A stretch of 64,000 nt of DNA from a virus. The stretch covers positions 73,268 to 137,267 of the IMG/VR virus record IMGVR_UViG_3300023235_000012; one strand, 5' to 3'. Shown here one piece after another: positions 28,668-38,754 of this stretch. Within the stretch, counting starts at the first letter, position 1. Every line of letters begins with the position of its first letter. The position numbers and the translations under genes were made by a program. Under the pieces are notes generated by a model. That model was not told the origin of the DNA, searched no databases, and worked only from the letters and a program-made list of their open reading frames with translations.

Positions 28668-29071
28668 GAACCATTAAACATTTTCAAAAAAGGATCTTCA
28701 TTAATTACTTCTTTTGCAATCTTTTCAATATCTACTATGCTACCTATCCACCATTCCCCATGACCGGTTTGAGTTGTTTCTTGATGAAGATTCTGAAACC
28801 CTTTCTGCTTTAATTTCTCAGAGATCCGATCCTCTAATCTCTTCGTTATGGATTTTTCATAGAAAGGTGACAACTGTTCGAATTTTAATCCAGCTGGATT
28901 CCCTTGATTCAGCGCACGATTTCTTTGGTAGAATATATCATCTTTTTTCGATTTGCACGCAATGCCAATTTTTGCCACGTTCAACCTAGCGTCAAAAAAC
29001 TTATTTCCACGCTCGGTAGCAATATAGACACATTTATGCTCATCACTAACCATTGCTATTGTTTCGGCCAT
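28652..29071 (-). CDS. T5orf172/GIY-YIG-like protein
   Basis: VYI…KIG…R…LNQGNP…LE…GEWW. Confidence 0.65.
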   Translation of the reverse strand: MAETIAMVSDEHKCVYIATERGNKFFDARLNVAKIGIACKSKKDDIFYQRNRALNQGNPAGLKFEQLSPFYEKSITKRLEDRISEKLKQKGFQNLHQETTQTGHGEWWIGSIVDIEKIAKEVINEDPFLKMFNGSWELG

Positions 29072-30402
29072 TATTCGTAATCATTCCTATCTGTCTGGAA
29101 GGTGTACTGTAGGTCTTTAGCTTTTGGAAAATTTTCAATCAGTTGTGGTTTGGTAAGATTCGTTATTTCTCGACGAGACAACGCGTCACATTCAAATTTG
29201 GCGTCTTCTGTTCTAAGCTGCAGTGGAGGCGTCTTTTGTGTCCATGCCGATGGTCCTCTTAGAAAACCAACGACTCCCATTTCTGCCGCTACTTTACAGA
29301 AGCGAATGGCACTGATGACGACCCCGCCACTGTTTGGTGAATCCTGGACCGAAAGCCTTGCAGACAGTTCGTATCTAGCCCCGCCAAATCCATAAGCTAT
29401 GATATCGAAGTTAGCTATCTTGTTGTCGCTTCCAACATACTCACCACCTGGCTTCTGAACAACAGTCAACGATGGACCTGCGTAAAAAGTGTGACCGGCG
29501 ATACTTTGATCTCGGACGACGTTCTGTCCGTTAAGAACATTCTCTTTGCTTATGTGTTTACCTTTAAGACGACTTGGTTCGGCCATATTTAGGAAGTCGG
29601 TGTTCGCTGTTCGACCGCTTCTGATCGTTTCTTGCCCCTGCGTAGAACCTGCCGCCATGTTCATTTGGATATGTTGAGTAACCATTAAGCCTGAATCAAG
29701 CATGGCGCCTTGAAGCACTTCGCTCATACGAGATGCTCCCCAGGCGGACCTCATATCCGACCCAACGATCGTCAATTTTTTATCAATAAATCGTTGTTCT
29801 ACTTCCTGAGTGTCTTTAGTGCTGATCAAGGTCGGGATGCAATTTACAAAGTGAACATTTGCTTCCAAGGCAATGTCGATATAAAATCGACTTGCTTTCT
29901 CAGATCCGACCGGTAGGTAATTAATCAAGACGTCTACTCTAGTTTTCTTAATGATATCAACGATGTCTTCGAAAGATTCTGCTCGTTTAGCTCCAGTTCG
30001 GAAACTAACTTCTTCCGGAAAATCTAGCATATATGGAGCAACCCCGTCGAGCTCTGGTCCAGAATAAACCATTGCTCCAGCTTCTACACATCCTGGACTA
30101 TTATGATTGATTTCTAGAATTTCTTCGACGTGATTCATCGCACAATTTGGCCGTGACCGCAATGCTTCTACAAGTGGCCGATTAACTTTGCGTCGATCAA
30201 CATCAAAACCAACGACGAACTCAATTTCATCTACAGTGTATCCACCAATGTCATGATACATCAATCCGACTTTATCTTCTGGATTTGTTCGATAATATTG
30301 AACACCTTCAACAAGGGATTTTGCACAATTACCAACACCGATAATTCCTACGCGGATTTTCTCTTTTTTCATTCTAAACTCCTTCAGTTTTGTTATTAAC
30401 AC
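29071..30402 (-). CDS. ino1: myo-inositol-1-phosphate synthase
   Basis: IIGVGNCAKSLVEG, INYLPVGS, FVNCIP, NTDFLNM, VQDSPNSGGV. Confidence 0.92.
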   Translation of the reverse strand: MLITKLKEFRMKKEKIRVGIIGVGNCAKSLVEGVQYYRTNPEDKVGLMYHDIGGYTVDEIEFVVGFDVDRRKVNRPLVEALRSRPNCAMNHVEEILEINHNSPGCVEAGAMVYSGPELDGVAPYMLDFPEEVSFRTGAKRAESFEDIVDIIKKTRVDVLINYLPVGSEKASRFYIDIALEANVHFVNCIPTLISTKDTQEVEQRFIDKKLTIVGSDMRSAWGASRMSEVLQGAMLDSGLMVTQHIQMNMAAGSTQGQETIRSGRTANTDFLNMAEPSRLKGKHISKENVLNGQNVVRDQSIAGHTFYAGPSLTVVQKPGGEYVGSDNKIANFDIIAYGFGGARYELSARLSVQDSPNSGGVVISAIRFCKVAAEMGVVGFLRGPSAWTQKTPPLQLRTEDAKFECDALSRREITNLTKPQLIENFPKAKDLQYTFQTDRNDYE

Positions 30403-30537
30403 TTGACTTTCTTTCGAAAACTTGAATTATTAGAAACAAGTCCATCAAATGGTTGGTGGTAAGGTTATCACCCTTTGTCCGGTAGTAATGAACCATATGG
30501 TCTGTTGTTTACCGTACCATTTATTTATGTGCTATTG

Positions 30538-32160
30538 TCAAAAATCAAATAAATTATGTCTTGCTTTTGGTTTCTCTTTTGGTTTCTTAATTTTGATTTT
30601 TTCCGGTGGCATAAATTCTTTCAATCCTTCCAAAGATGGATTATCATAATTAACTGTATCAGTTACAAACCTCGGGGTGTTAAATTCTTTTAGCTGCTTC
30701 TTATATAATTCTATCTTATCCATTGGATTTTCACTTTCGAAGATCTCTGGAATAATTTGGTTAAGCATCTGAAATAATTCCAACGGACATTCTCCACCCT
30801 CTTCATGCCATTCTAATCCGTGCTTGTACGTTCCGTCGCAGATTTTATTGGCTTCTTGAATTCCTCGGATCATTATTTCAGTGTTATGATTCATAAGAAA
30901 CATATAGGTAATGGTATCCCAGGATGAGTTAGAATCAATATCAAATCCCTTAACACAAAAATCACCTAAAGTTAGCTTTGTGCTAATCCCTGATAAATCT
31001 TTATCTTTTACTCCATGTTCTTCTTTGAGCCAATCTCCTAAAAGAGTAGATGAACCAACGAACTTTTTATCATCGGGACCAGCAACTGCACTAGTGCTAA
31101 ATCGTTTGGCTGTCATCTTAGTCTGTGCATAAATCAACGCCTTAGAGGCAGAAAGGAACGGCGAGCTTGAGTCAAAACTTATCGTTACACTTGGGTCAAT
31201 CTGCTGTCTAAGGATTCGTTGAATTTTTGTTAGAATCGGAGCATTGGAAACTCTTGATAAACCAAGTAAATGAATCCAAGCCTGATCTTTATTGATCTTC
31301 TGCTCGTCCCTCATCTTAATTAGCAACTGAAGTGAGGAACTATAATCCAAAGTGATGTTACCTGCTAGAGCCCAGCCTTCTAAAGGAAGATCCTTAACTC
31401 GATCATACCAATAATCTGCTTGCTCTGGATTCGCACCTTGAACAACATTCAGAAATTTTGTTGCTCCTGGTGTTCTATGCTTTAGAAAATAGTCGATATT
31501 TTCTAACGTAAACTCTAGACACGCATTGAATTTGTCAACTGTTGGATGCGTTTTCAAGACCATATTGTAGAAGGAATCAAAATCTGGATTTAAAACTATT
31601 CCATTTGCTGGAAAATCCAAAACCATGCTATAATCAGCTGTGAGTTCAAGCCATTTCAAGACCGTAGCACGAACTTTATCAATGCCATTCAGATCAGTCC
31701 AATCTGTTTTCCATGTCCCAGTTGCCCACTGAAATCCACCCGAGTCACCAATCAAGGTTACATCTGGATCTCGTTCATGAACAAAAAATTCTCGGTCTAA
31801 TGTTTTTATTGGATCCAACGTGGCATGACCAGAAGAATAGAGGCCTGCGCCATAATAGAAACCGCCGCAATCTTTTTGATAATAATTCAGTTCATCGCCT
31901 TGTTCTCGAAAACCAGATGGAATCCTCTGTCCTGGTTGATAACCATTTGTTTTCAAACCAAATTCACTAATTCTGTTTCGTGAATTATAAGATACATAAT
32001 TGGAACTTGTTGCTGGCAGATACACTGCATATTGACCCTGTGGATCATCGAATGGTAATTCTTGGTCTCGATGAGTAACCCAGTAATCACGAGTATCTTC
32101 AATTAAAGATTCGTTAAGGGGTCGTCGCTGTCTGTAATTCGATTTTGTGTCTGTAGGCAT
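30538..32160 (-). CDS. TGT-fold transglycosylase (DpdA-like)
   Basis: GDSGGFQ, VLDFP, LNVVQG, WIHLLG, SFDSSSP; clustered with folE/queC/queE. Confidence 0.75.
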   Translation of the reverse strand: MPTDTKSNYRQRRPLNESLIEDTRDYWVTHRDQELPFDDPQGQYAVYLPATSSNYVSYNSRNRISEFGLKTNGYQPGQRIPSGFREQGDELNYYQKDCGGFYYGAGLYSSGHATLDPIKTLDREFFVHERDPDVTLIGDSGGFQWATGTWKTDWTDLNGIDKVRATVLKWLELTADYSMVLDFPANGIVLNPDFDSFYNMVLKTHPTVDKFNACLEFTLENIDYFLKHRTPGATKFLNVVQGANPEQADYWYDRVKDLPLEGWALAGNITLDYSSSLQLLIKMRDEQKINKDQAWIHLLGLSRVSNAPILTKIQRILRQQIDPSVTISFDSSSPFLSASKALIYAQTKMTAKRFSTSAVAGPDDKKFVGSSTLLGDWLKEEHGVKDKDLSGISTKLTLGDFCVKGFDIDSNSSWDTITYMFLMNHNTEIMIRGIQEANKICDGTYKHGLEWHEEGGECPLELFQMLNQIIPEIFESENPMDKIELYKKQLKEFNTPRFVTDTVNYDNPSLEGLKEFMPPEKIKIKKPKEKPKARHNLFDF

Positions 32161-32245
32161 AGTACTCCATGAATTTCTTCAGTAAACTATTGAAATTCCA
32201 GTAAAAAAGTCTGATAAAGACAACGAAAAGGCACTAGGGCCAGTC

Positions 32246-32980
32246 TTAGGTATGACCAGGGAACAAGAATTCATAATTAGCGATGCCAGTGTCGATGTCG
32301 ATCTTCAAAATGCCATCGTTAGACAAAGCTATATTAGTTTTTCCCGAGTCAGCTAGCTTTAAGACAGTCAATACTTGATCAATTGGCCAAGCAAAACCAC
32401 CGTCATAACCTTTACCCACGTCCTTTGAGAAAAGAACAGAAGCTGAATGGCTTGCACTGTTTTCTTCACCGATTGCAAAAATCAAATGATTATCAATAAC
32501 TTTTGGCGTAAACTTCGTTTCTTGTGCTGAATACAAACCGGCCATTTCACTAAACTCGTTGATCTTCTGACGGGGTGGCTCATCTATCTCAATAACATAG
32601 GTCGTCCCAGCGAATTTTGGTTGAGCTGGAATAGCTGTCTCTGACATCAATCGATAAGTCGCGTGCATTCCCGCGTCGTTGTCAAACACAATAGAGATTG
32701 GAACTTCTTTATTGTCTCTTTTTTCGCGCTTCATTGTTACAGTTCCATCATCGCCTTTGAATGATTTCGATCCAGCGAGACCAGACAACAGACCAAGATT
32801 TGAAAGACCAAAAATTCCTTTAAAATCTTCAACCGGATCACTGGTTGTGGCGTTCATGATAACTGTTCGGTCATCACTGGTCGACTGGTATTTCGTTTCT
32901 TTATCTGTGCCTTCGACACGCACCACACTAAACTCGATTCCTGAAGTGCTGCGCACAATGTCTTGTAAATTCTTTTTCAT
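32246..32980 (-). CDS. sliding clamp (gp45-like)
   Basis: 244 aa; GIFGLSNL, YRLMS, IDTGIANYEF; next to the polymerase. Confidence 0.7.
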   Translation of the reverse strand: MKKNLQDIVRSTSGIEFSVVRVEGTDKETKYQSTSDDRTVIMNATTSDPVEDFKGIFGLSNLGLLSGLAGSKSFKGDDGTVTMKREKRDNKEVPISIVFDNDAGMHATYRLMSETAIPAQPKFAGTTYVIEIDEPPRQKINEFSEMAGLYSAQETKFTPKVIDNHLIFAIGEENSASHSASVLFSKDVGKGYDGGFAWPIDQVLTVLKLADSGKTNIALSNDGILKIDIDTGIANYEFLFPGHT

Positions 32981-33037
32981 AGATACTCCTTTTCGTGATT
33001 TTTATAATATTAAACGATTATTGGGATTCTGTCAATA

Positions 33038-33352
33038 TTAGTTTGACTGTTCGAATGTCTTCATATATTTTGAAAGCTGGAGATTTTTATTTTTCATTCC
33101 TTGTTCGATGTGATCTTCTGAAATCAATCCTGCGTTTTTTGCGTGCCTGATCATTTCTAATAGATCACCTATTTCCAAAGAAAGTCGTTGGACGTTGTTC
33201 AGATCTTGCTCGGGTTGGCTTTCTTCCGGACCAAAACGCAAGGTCTTCGTTGCTATCTGTTGAACTTCCGCAGCTTCCTCTAGTAGTATGATGAGTATCT
33301 CAGTTTGATTTTCATTAGTCGGGTCGTGAACAAATTTAAATTTATCTACCAT
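33038..33352 (-). CDS. MazG-like NTP pyrophosphohydrolase
   Basis: EEAAEV…KTLRFG…EIGDL. Confidence 0.7.
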   Translation of the reverse strand: MVDKFKFVHDPTNENQTEILIILLEEAAEVQQIATKTLRFGPEESQPEQDLNNVQRLSLEIGDLLEMIRHAKNAGLISEDHIEQGMKNKNLQLSKYMKTFEQSN

Positions 33353-33361
33353 CTTTCTCTC

Positions 33362-36172
33362 CTAAAACGAAAACATTGAATTGACTACTTCTGAATGGGC
33401 GGCTTCGCCTATATGAAGGTCCCAGTCTAAAATCTCAAAAATATTATTCAGTTTCTGCTCAACCATTCCTGTTTCCATTGCATCATCGTCGAATGGAAGT
33501 TTTTTGAACCATGAAGGAAGATTTAGTTCATCTGCTGGAAAGGCGACGCTGGTCATATTCATTGGATTTTGTGGTTTCAATTTACAGACCACAATCCGTC
33601 CACCATCCGTAACTCTAAGAGATTGCCTGTCGCCATATGCAGCACATAATTTATTCCAATTAATACTAGCAGTGATATGGCCTGGAACTCGGACATTCTT
33701 CGATCCTTTCTTTTCTACTTCTTCTGTATATTCGGTGATTTTGTTGGCTGATTTAGGTGAACCTTTCTCCCAAGAATTAAGAGATTTGAAGATTACTCGG
33801 AAGTTTCGGATTTTTTCTTTAAGTCCATCTTCGTTTCCTCCATCTAACACATACATCGCACAATCTTGTAGAAATTCCTGAATCACTTTAGAACTATCGG
33901 CTCGTTTAATGTCCATTCCCATAACCTTTAGCTTACCAGACTTACCGTCTCGATCTCGTCTAATCCCCTTATCATCGTAAATCAGAATGGCATATCTTTT
34001 CTTTGCGACAAATAGCCCTCTAGTTCCAATTAGTTCTCTACCGGCCTGAATTATTCCACCACGTTCAACACCCGAATGAAATAAATCATGCATTTTTTCT
34101 GGAAAGGTTTCATTAGTCATAGCTGCAATCTGATCATAGAGTTCAGTTACATCATCTTTTTCCCAAGTGAATTCGATGTTTTCTTTTTGGAAATAATTCC
34201 ACACGCTGAAATACGCAGAGTCGGTATCACCATAAATTATCGCGTCTCCAGTATAATCATATTCACCTGTGATTATCTCGTTGATTTTTGATGTCATATG
34301 TCGCGTGATACAACGGCCAGTCAATGTCACTGATTGTCCCATTCTTCTGTCATGGAATTTTGATGATGCATTCAACAAACATCCATATAAACTATTAAGC
34401 TGAATTTTACGAACCTGTTGGCGCATATTCCAGAAGATGAAGTTCTCTTTTGCTTGTTTAATATCAACAGGAAACCATGTTCCTGCTCTGTTCTGACGAG
34501 TTTCTTCTGGAATTTCTTTCAGCATAGAATCATATAAGTGATTATCTTCTGAAATTCCACTCTCGGTCAATGTTTCCCATATTGAAGCAGTCTTCTGCAT
34601 AATCTTTCGTTCAGTATACCATCTTTTCAAAAGACTAGGAATGAGACCATCAATATCAGTTCTAAATAAAGTTCCGTTGGCGCTGATATTTAAATTCGAA
34701 TCTTCTTGGAAAATAATTTCATATAATTCTGCGCCTGTCAGTTGTTGAATTGTGTCATCATTAAAATCAACGGTGATTTCATTGTCTGTTTTATCAATGA
34801 CATAATTGTATTCTAGGGTTCCAAAATGACCGGCCCAAGCTGCTGCCCAATCTGGAACCCTAACACCTTTGACAGATTTTATCAAGTTTTCTTTTTCAAT
34901 TCGTTCTTCAAGTGCAGTCATCGTATCATCTGGTCGAATCTGACCAACGATCGTTTCCGGGCTCATATTTAATAACCGGATACATGATGGATAAAGTGAA
35001 TTGATGTCAACTGCACCTACCCAATCCTGGAGTCCTTGCTTTGGATCGGCGACCCATGCACCTGCGGCTTTAGCATCGAATTCTTCTTCTTTTTCTTTAG
35101 TGGGAACCACCATTCCACGATTATGAGCTTCATTGATGATTGATTGATCAACCCACGCAACCGTTCCCATTGTAGATGACATCAAAACATAATTCGCCGT
35201 GGCGATCTGATTGGCTAAATCTAGATAGCGTAGCTTCTTGTCAAGTTTATCCAGGAGAACCGTGTCTTGTCTGTTGTACTCAATGAAAAGTTTAAAATCT
35301 TTTCTATATAGATTATATAATGTTCCTTCGTATTGAACTTTTCGTTCACCTATTTCAACCTCACCCACATAATCCAATTTATACGTTGGCATCTGTTTTG
35401 GAGTATGCTTCTTGTACAGATCCAGATAATCAATGTGAAGTCGACCTTTGATTGTAAAGCTAAGGTTTTCTCGTCCAAAGTTATCTTTACTGATTCCTCT
35501 GATCGGTTGAAAACCCCATAGACACCAACCAGATGTCGCTTGTTTATTCAAAACTTTAATGGTTCTATTGACCATATATGGAACATCGTATGTTTCACTG
35601 TTCCAACCTGAGATGACATCCGCATCTTCGATCAGATCTTGAAACATCATCAAGAGTTCTTTCTCAGAACAAAGAACAGTGTTCGGGAAATCATCTACTA
35701 TTTTTTGTGCTTCATCGTCTGTCAGTGTTTCGGGGCGGACGACCAGCGTAAATAATTCATCGAGCCAGTTGCAATAAACCGAGACGGCTGTCACCGGATT
35801 GAAAGGATCTTCAGGGGTGGAATAACCTTTGATGGGATCGAAATCCACTTCGATATCAAAAAATGCTACGTGTAGGTTTGCTGGATTTGGAGTGGGGAAA
35901 TTCTGTTTGAGCGTCTTGAATAAAACGTTATGATCTGCTTCGAATGTTTTACGGCCTTGCATCGATCGAAGGTCTCGTTTAAAATCTCGATACCTTCGAC
36001 TAGTTACTTCTCGGACTCTCGCACCGGTGGTGGCCTTATGAGAGCCATTTTCATCTTCATAGTAAAATTGATAGATAGGAGGGAGTTCTCTAACTATTCT
36101 TCTTCCATTAATTCTTTCAGTTACCAGGACGACGTCGGTATTCCTGTCCCAGTGTGCATCGATATATGTCAT
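33362..36172 (-). CDS. family B DNA polymerase (gp43-like)
   Basis: FDIE, DINSLYPS, KIQLNSLYG, YGDTDS, KKRY; no intein visible. Confidence 0.97.
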   Translation of the reverse strand: MTYIDAHWDRNTDVVLVTERINGRRIVRELPPIYQFYYEDENGSHKATTGARVREVTSRRYRDFKRDLRSMQGRKTFEADHNVLFKTLKQNFPTPNPANLHVAFFDIEVDFDPIKGYSTPEDPFNPVTAVSVYCNWLDELFTLVVRPETLTDDEAQKIVDDFPNTVLCSEKELLMMFQDLIEDADVISGWNSETYDVPYMVNRTIKVLNKQATSGWCLWGFQPIRGISKDNFGRENLSFTIKGRLHIDYLDLYKKHTPKQMPTYKLDYVGEVEIGERKVQYEGTLYNLYRKDFKLFIEYNRQDTVLLDKLDKKLRYLDLANQIATANYVLMSSTMGTVAWVDQSIINEAHNRGMVVPTKEKEEEFDAKAAGAWVADPKQGLQDWVGAVDINSLYPSCIRLLNMSPETIVGQIRPDDTMTALEERIEKENLIKSVKGVRVPDWAAAWAGHFGTLEYNYVIDKTDNEITVDFNDDTIQQLTGAELYEIIFQEDSNLNISANGTLFRTDIDGLIPSLLKRWYTERKIMQKTASIWETLTESGISEDNHLYDSMLKEIPEETRQNRAGTWFPVDIKQAKENFIFWNMRQQVRKIQLNSLYGCLLNASSKFHDRRMGQSVTLTGRCITRHMTSKINEIITGEYDYTGDAIIYGDTDSAYFSVWNYFQKENIEFTWEKDDVTELYDQIAAMTNETFPEKMHDLFHSGVERGGIIQAGRELIGTRGLFVAKKRYAILIYDDKGIRRDRDGKSGKLKVMGMDIKRADSSKVIQEFLQDCAMYVLDGGNEDGLKEKIRNFRVIFKSLNSWEKGSPKSANKITEYTEEVEKKGSKNVRVPGHITASINWNKLCAAYGDRQSLRVTDGGRIVVCKLKPQNPMNMTSVAFPADELNLPSWFKKLPFDDDAMETGMVEQKLNNIFEILDWDLHIGEAAHSEVVNSMFSF

Positions 36173-36459
36173 CTTACTCCTATGATTCCAACTAGTCCAA
36201 TTATGTTAATTAATGTAAAGCCGATATTTAAAAAAATTAATGGAGATGAGTTCCTCAAGTATCCGGCGAGTATCAGCAGAATGTTTGCTAATAAAAAAAT
36301 AGAAAATACAAGCAAAAATGGTGCATCCTGATTCATCAAAGCTATCAAGCTAGCTGAGATCAAAGACAAAAGAGTCCCTGTGTTTTCAAGAAAGAAAAGT
36401 AGGCGATTGTTCTTCCAATCGCCAACATAGAAATTTTTACAATCACGCAGAAGCTTCAC
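36169..36459 (-). CDS. small membrane protein
   Basis: three hydrophobic segments. Confidence 0.6.
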   Translation of the reverse strand: MKLLRDCKNFYVGDWKNNRLLFFLENTGTLLSLISASLIALMNQDAPFLLVFSIFLLANILLILAGYLRNSSPLIFLNIGFTLINIIGLVGIIGVR

Positions 36460-36758
36460 TAAATACTTTTTCCAATTGCAGCCAATCCATCTTCCACTTC
36501 TGCAACCCTATCTTTGTCATCTTGAAGATTTCTTTTGTGAACTGCTCTCATCATCTTATTGACGATGCTTGATTTAATCTTCTGATCCGGATCGTCAATG
36601 GAGTCATTGAGTTTTTGAACAGCACTTTCTACCACATCCTTCAAGGACTCTCGCTCAAGATGGATCGTTTCAAGGTATTTCACTCCATCTTCAATTGTCT
36701 GTTTCAAAAGTGCCTGTTCGACAGCAGTTAGAACTCGGTGACTAAAAACATTGGTCAT
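36459..36758 (-). CDS. T4 DsbA-like dsDNA-binding protein
   Basis: 99 aa helical; ESLKDVV…VNKMMRAVHK pattern. Confidence 0.55.
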   Translation of the reverse strand: MTNVFSHRVLTAVEQALLKQTIEDGVKYLETIHLERESLKDVVESAVQKLNDSIDDPDQKIKSSIVNKMMRAVHKRNLQDDKDRVAEVEDGLAAIGKSI

Positions 36759-36807
36759 TTATTTTCCTTTCATTTGATTTAATTTAATTTAATTTAATTG
36801 AAGTTTT

Positions 36808-36836
36808 AGTATAACGAGATTTCGAGACAATGTCAA
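36808..36836 (-). promoter_or_regulatory. sigma70-type promoter for the polymerase operon
   Basis: TTGACA-17-TATACT. Confidence 0.75.
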
Positions 36837-36904
36837 ATTTGATGTAATCTAAATTCTGTTTGTCAATTTGAATAGAAACCCTATCCTATTTGTTTTTGAT
36901 CTGC

Positions 36905-37345
36905 TCATTTAAAAAGATAAACAGTTACTGGTTGAGAACAAGTTTCTTCGATAATAGTTTCAATTTTCTTCCAATCTCCGCCTCCGAGCCCGGCACCAAT
37001 CTGAGGCATAGCTATTTCGTAATTCAAAGCCTTTGCCATATCATCGACTTCTTTTAATGCAACTTTAATAGCTTCGTAATCAACAAAGCGTTTTCCAGTG
37101 CTACCAAAATCTTTCTGTGTGATCGCATTAACAATGATTTTGTTTTCTTTGGTAAGATAGAATATGGTTTCACCAAGTTCCAGGCCTTTTTCTTCAAATT
37201 GTTTTCGATAAGCTTCATAAGCACCGGGCCATCTTTCTCTAATAGCTTTTGCTACTCCTGAGCCCATAACTCCTTTTGCATTACATCCATGAACGATGAT
37301 TTTTTCTTTCGCATCGAGTACATTTCCGTCTTGATAAGTTATCAT
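36905..37345 (-). CDS. macrodomain (ADP-ribose hydrolase) protein
   Basis: HGCNAKGVMGSGVA, NAITQ, MPQIGAGLGGGDW. Confidence 0.9.
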   Translation of the reverse strand: MITYQDGNVLDAKEKIIVHGCNAKGVMGSGVAKAIRERWPGAYEAYRKQFEEKGLELGETIFYLTKENKIIVNAITQKDFGSTGKRFVDYEAIKVALKEVDDMAKALNYEIAMPQIGAGLGGGDWKKIETIIEETCSQPVTVYLFK

Positions 37346-37350
37346 TGGTA

Positions 37351-38724
37351 TTACCTTTCTACTTCAAATTTGATCTTCTTAAGACCGAGTACTTCTTGTT
37401 TGAAAATTTCTCTAATTTCAGTATGATTACCTAGGAGTCGTTTGTATCGTTTGATAGCAAGCTCCAACTCTTTGATTTTTTCCTGGACAATTTTGTAACG
37501 ATCCTTCGCCCAATTAAACGTAGGAAGGCTTGCAATACGATTAAGTTGCGAATCGTCCAGCTTATAGACCTTAGTAAGGCTTTGAATCCTTTTAATAACC
37601 GCAGCTTTATCTTTAGCTTTAAGTATATCAGATGGAAGTCCATTATCGAAACAAATCTTAAGAGCTTTCCAATAACGAAGCTCGTATTCATCTTCTTCCA
37701 ATAATTTCTCAAAACGTCTAACATAAAAACCAAACCTTTCCTCGACGAATTCTTTAATCAGCTGTTCAGCCGAATCAAATTGTCTGATAGATTTATTATC
37801 CCAGTCTACCGTTACTATACGTTCTGTTTTTCGACTTGTCAATTTTAAAATCTTTATTATATCATCTACAGTCTTCTTCTGGAGATCACCTCTCCGAAAT
37901 TTAACCTCTAGATCGATATGATCAGTGCTGTTGTCAGTAAAAGATTGGATAATCTTTTGGTCTTCAAGTTGTATGAGCTTGTCTTTGAATCTCTCTAGTG
38001 ATAGGTCAGGTGGTAATTCTTTGACAGTAACCGTAGTGGAATTGTCTATCTTTACTTTACCTTTGAATTCCCAGACATTAGAATCAATCTTAGTCACATC
38101 ACAATCTATATATTCATAATTAGGTGCTAAGAAATTGAATCTTTTTCCTTCAATCGCAGCCGAGGTGGCTCTGATAAGATCATCCAATGCTCTAGGAAGA
38201 ATTTCTGTTGACCAGCCAACCGCAATTCCGGATACCCCATTAAGTAAGACAGTAGGAATGATAGGAAGAAAATGAAGAGGCTCTTCCGTACTTCCATCAT
38301 AATTTTCTTGCATTGGTATGATATCTCTATCCGCATATAAAATCTCCTCTGCCGCTTTTGAGCGCTTAACATAAGTATATCTTGGGGCAGCAAAAGCTTT
38401 TGGATTTACTTTCGTACCAAAGGTTCCAATTCCGTGTAACCAAGGAAGGTTGTTCGAATAAGGTGCCGCCAGAAGACTTATTGTATCAGACATTGATCCA
38501 TCTCCGTGAACATAAAGTCCCTTAGAGATTGTTTCACCTGACAACGAAACCGTCTTGATTTCGTTTGATTTCGTCTGCATTAGGAACAAAGCTTTTCGCT
38601 GAGCCGACTTCAATCCATCCATTGCTTTTGGTATGGCCCTTTGCTCGCCAACGTAGAGGCTGTATTCTTTGCTGGAGTCGTTAATGTGATCAGTTGAATT
38701 TATTGGTATTAAAATTTCACTCAT
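37351..38724 (-). CDS. topoisomerase II medium subunit (gp52-like)
   Basis: DGLKSAQRK, YVHGD, AAPRY, NGVSGIAVG. Confidence 0.93.
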   Translation of the reverse strand: MSEILIPINSTDHINDSSKEYSLYVGEQRAIPKAMDGLKSAQRKALFLMQTKSNEIKTVSLSGETISKGLYVHGDGSMSDTISLLAAPYSNNLPWLHGIGTFGTKVNPKAFAAPRYTYVKRSKAAEEILYADRDIIPMQENYDGSTEEPLHFLPIIPTVLLNGVSGIAVGWSTEILPRALDDLIRATSAAIEGKRFNFLAPNYEYIDCDVTKIDSNVWEFKGKVKIDNSTTVTVKELPPDLSLERFKDKLIQLEDQKIIQSFTDNSTDHIDLEVKFRRGDLQKKTVDDIIKILKLTSRKTERIVTVDWDNKSIRQFDSAEQLIKEFVEERFGFYVRRFEKLLEEDEYELRYWKALKICFDNGLPSDILKAKDKAAVIKRIQSLTKVYKLDDSQLNRIASLPTFNWAKDRYKIVQEKIKELELAIKRYKRLLGNHTEIREIFKQEVLGLKKIKFEVER

Positions 38725-38754
38725 GAAAATTCCTAAGATTGATTGTTGCTTTTG

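Noticed and set aside
36771-36800. (AATTT)n run
   Set aside because: Short low-complexity AT tract with no evidence of function.
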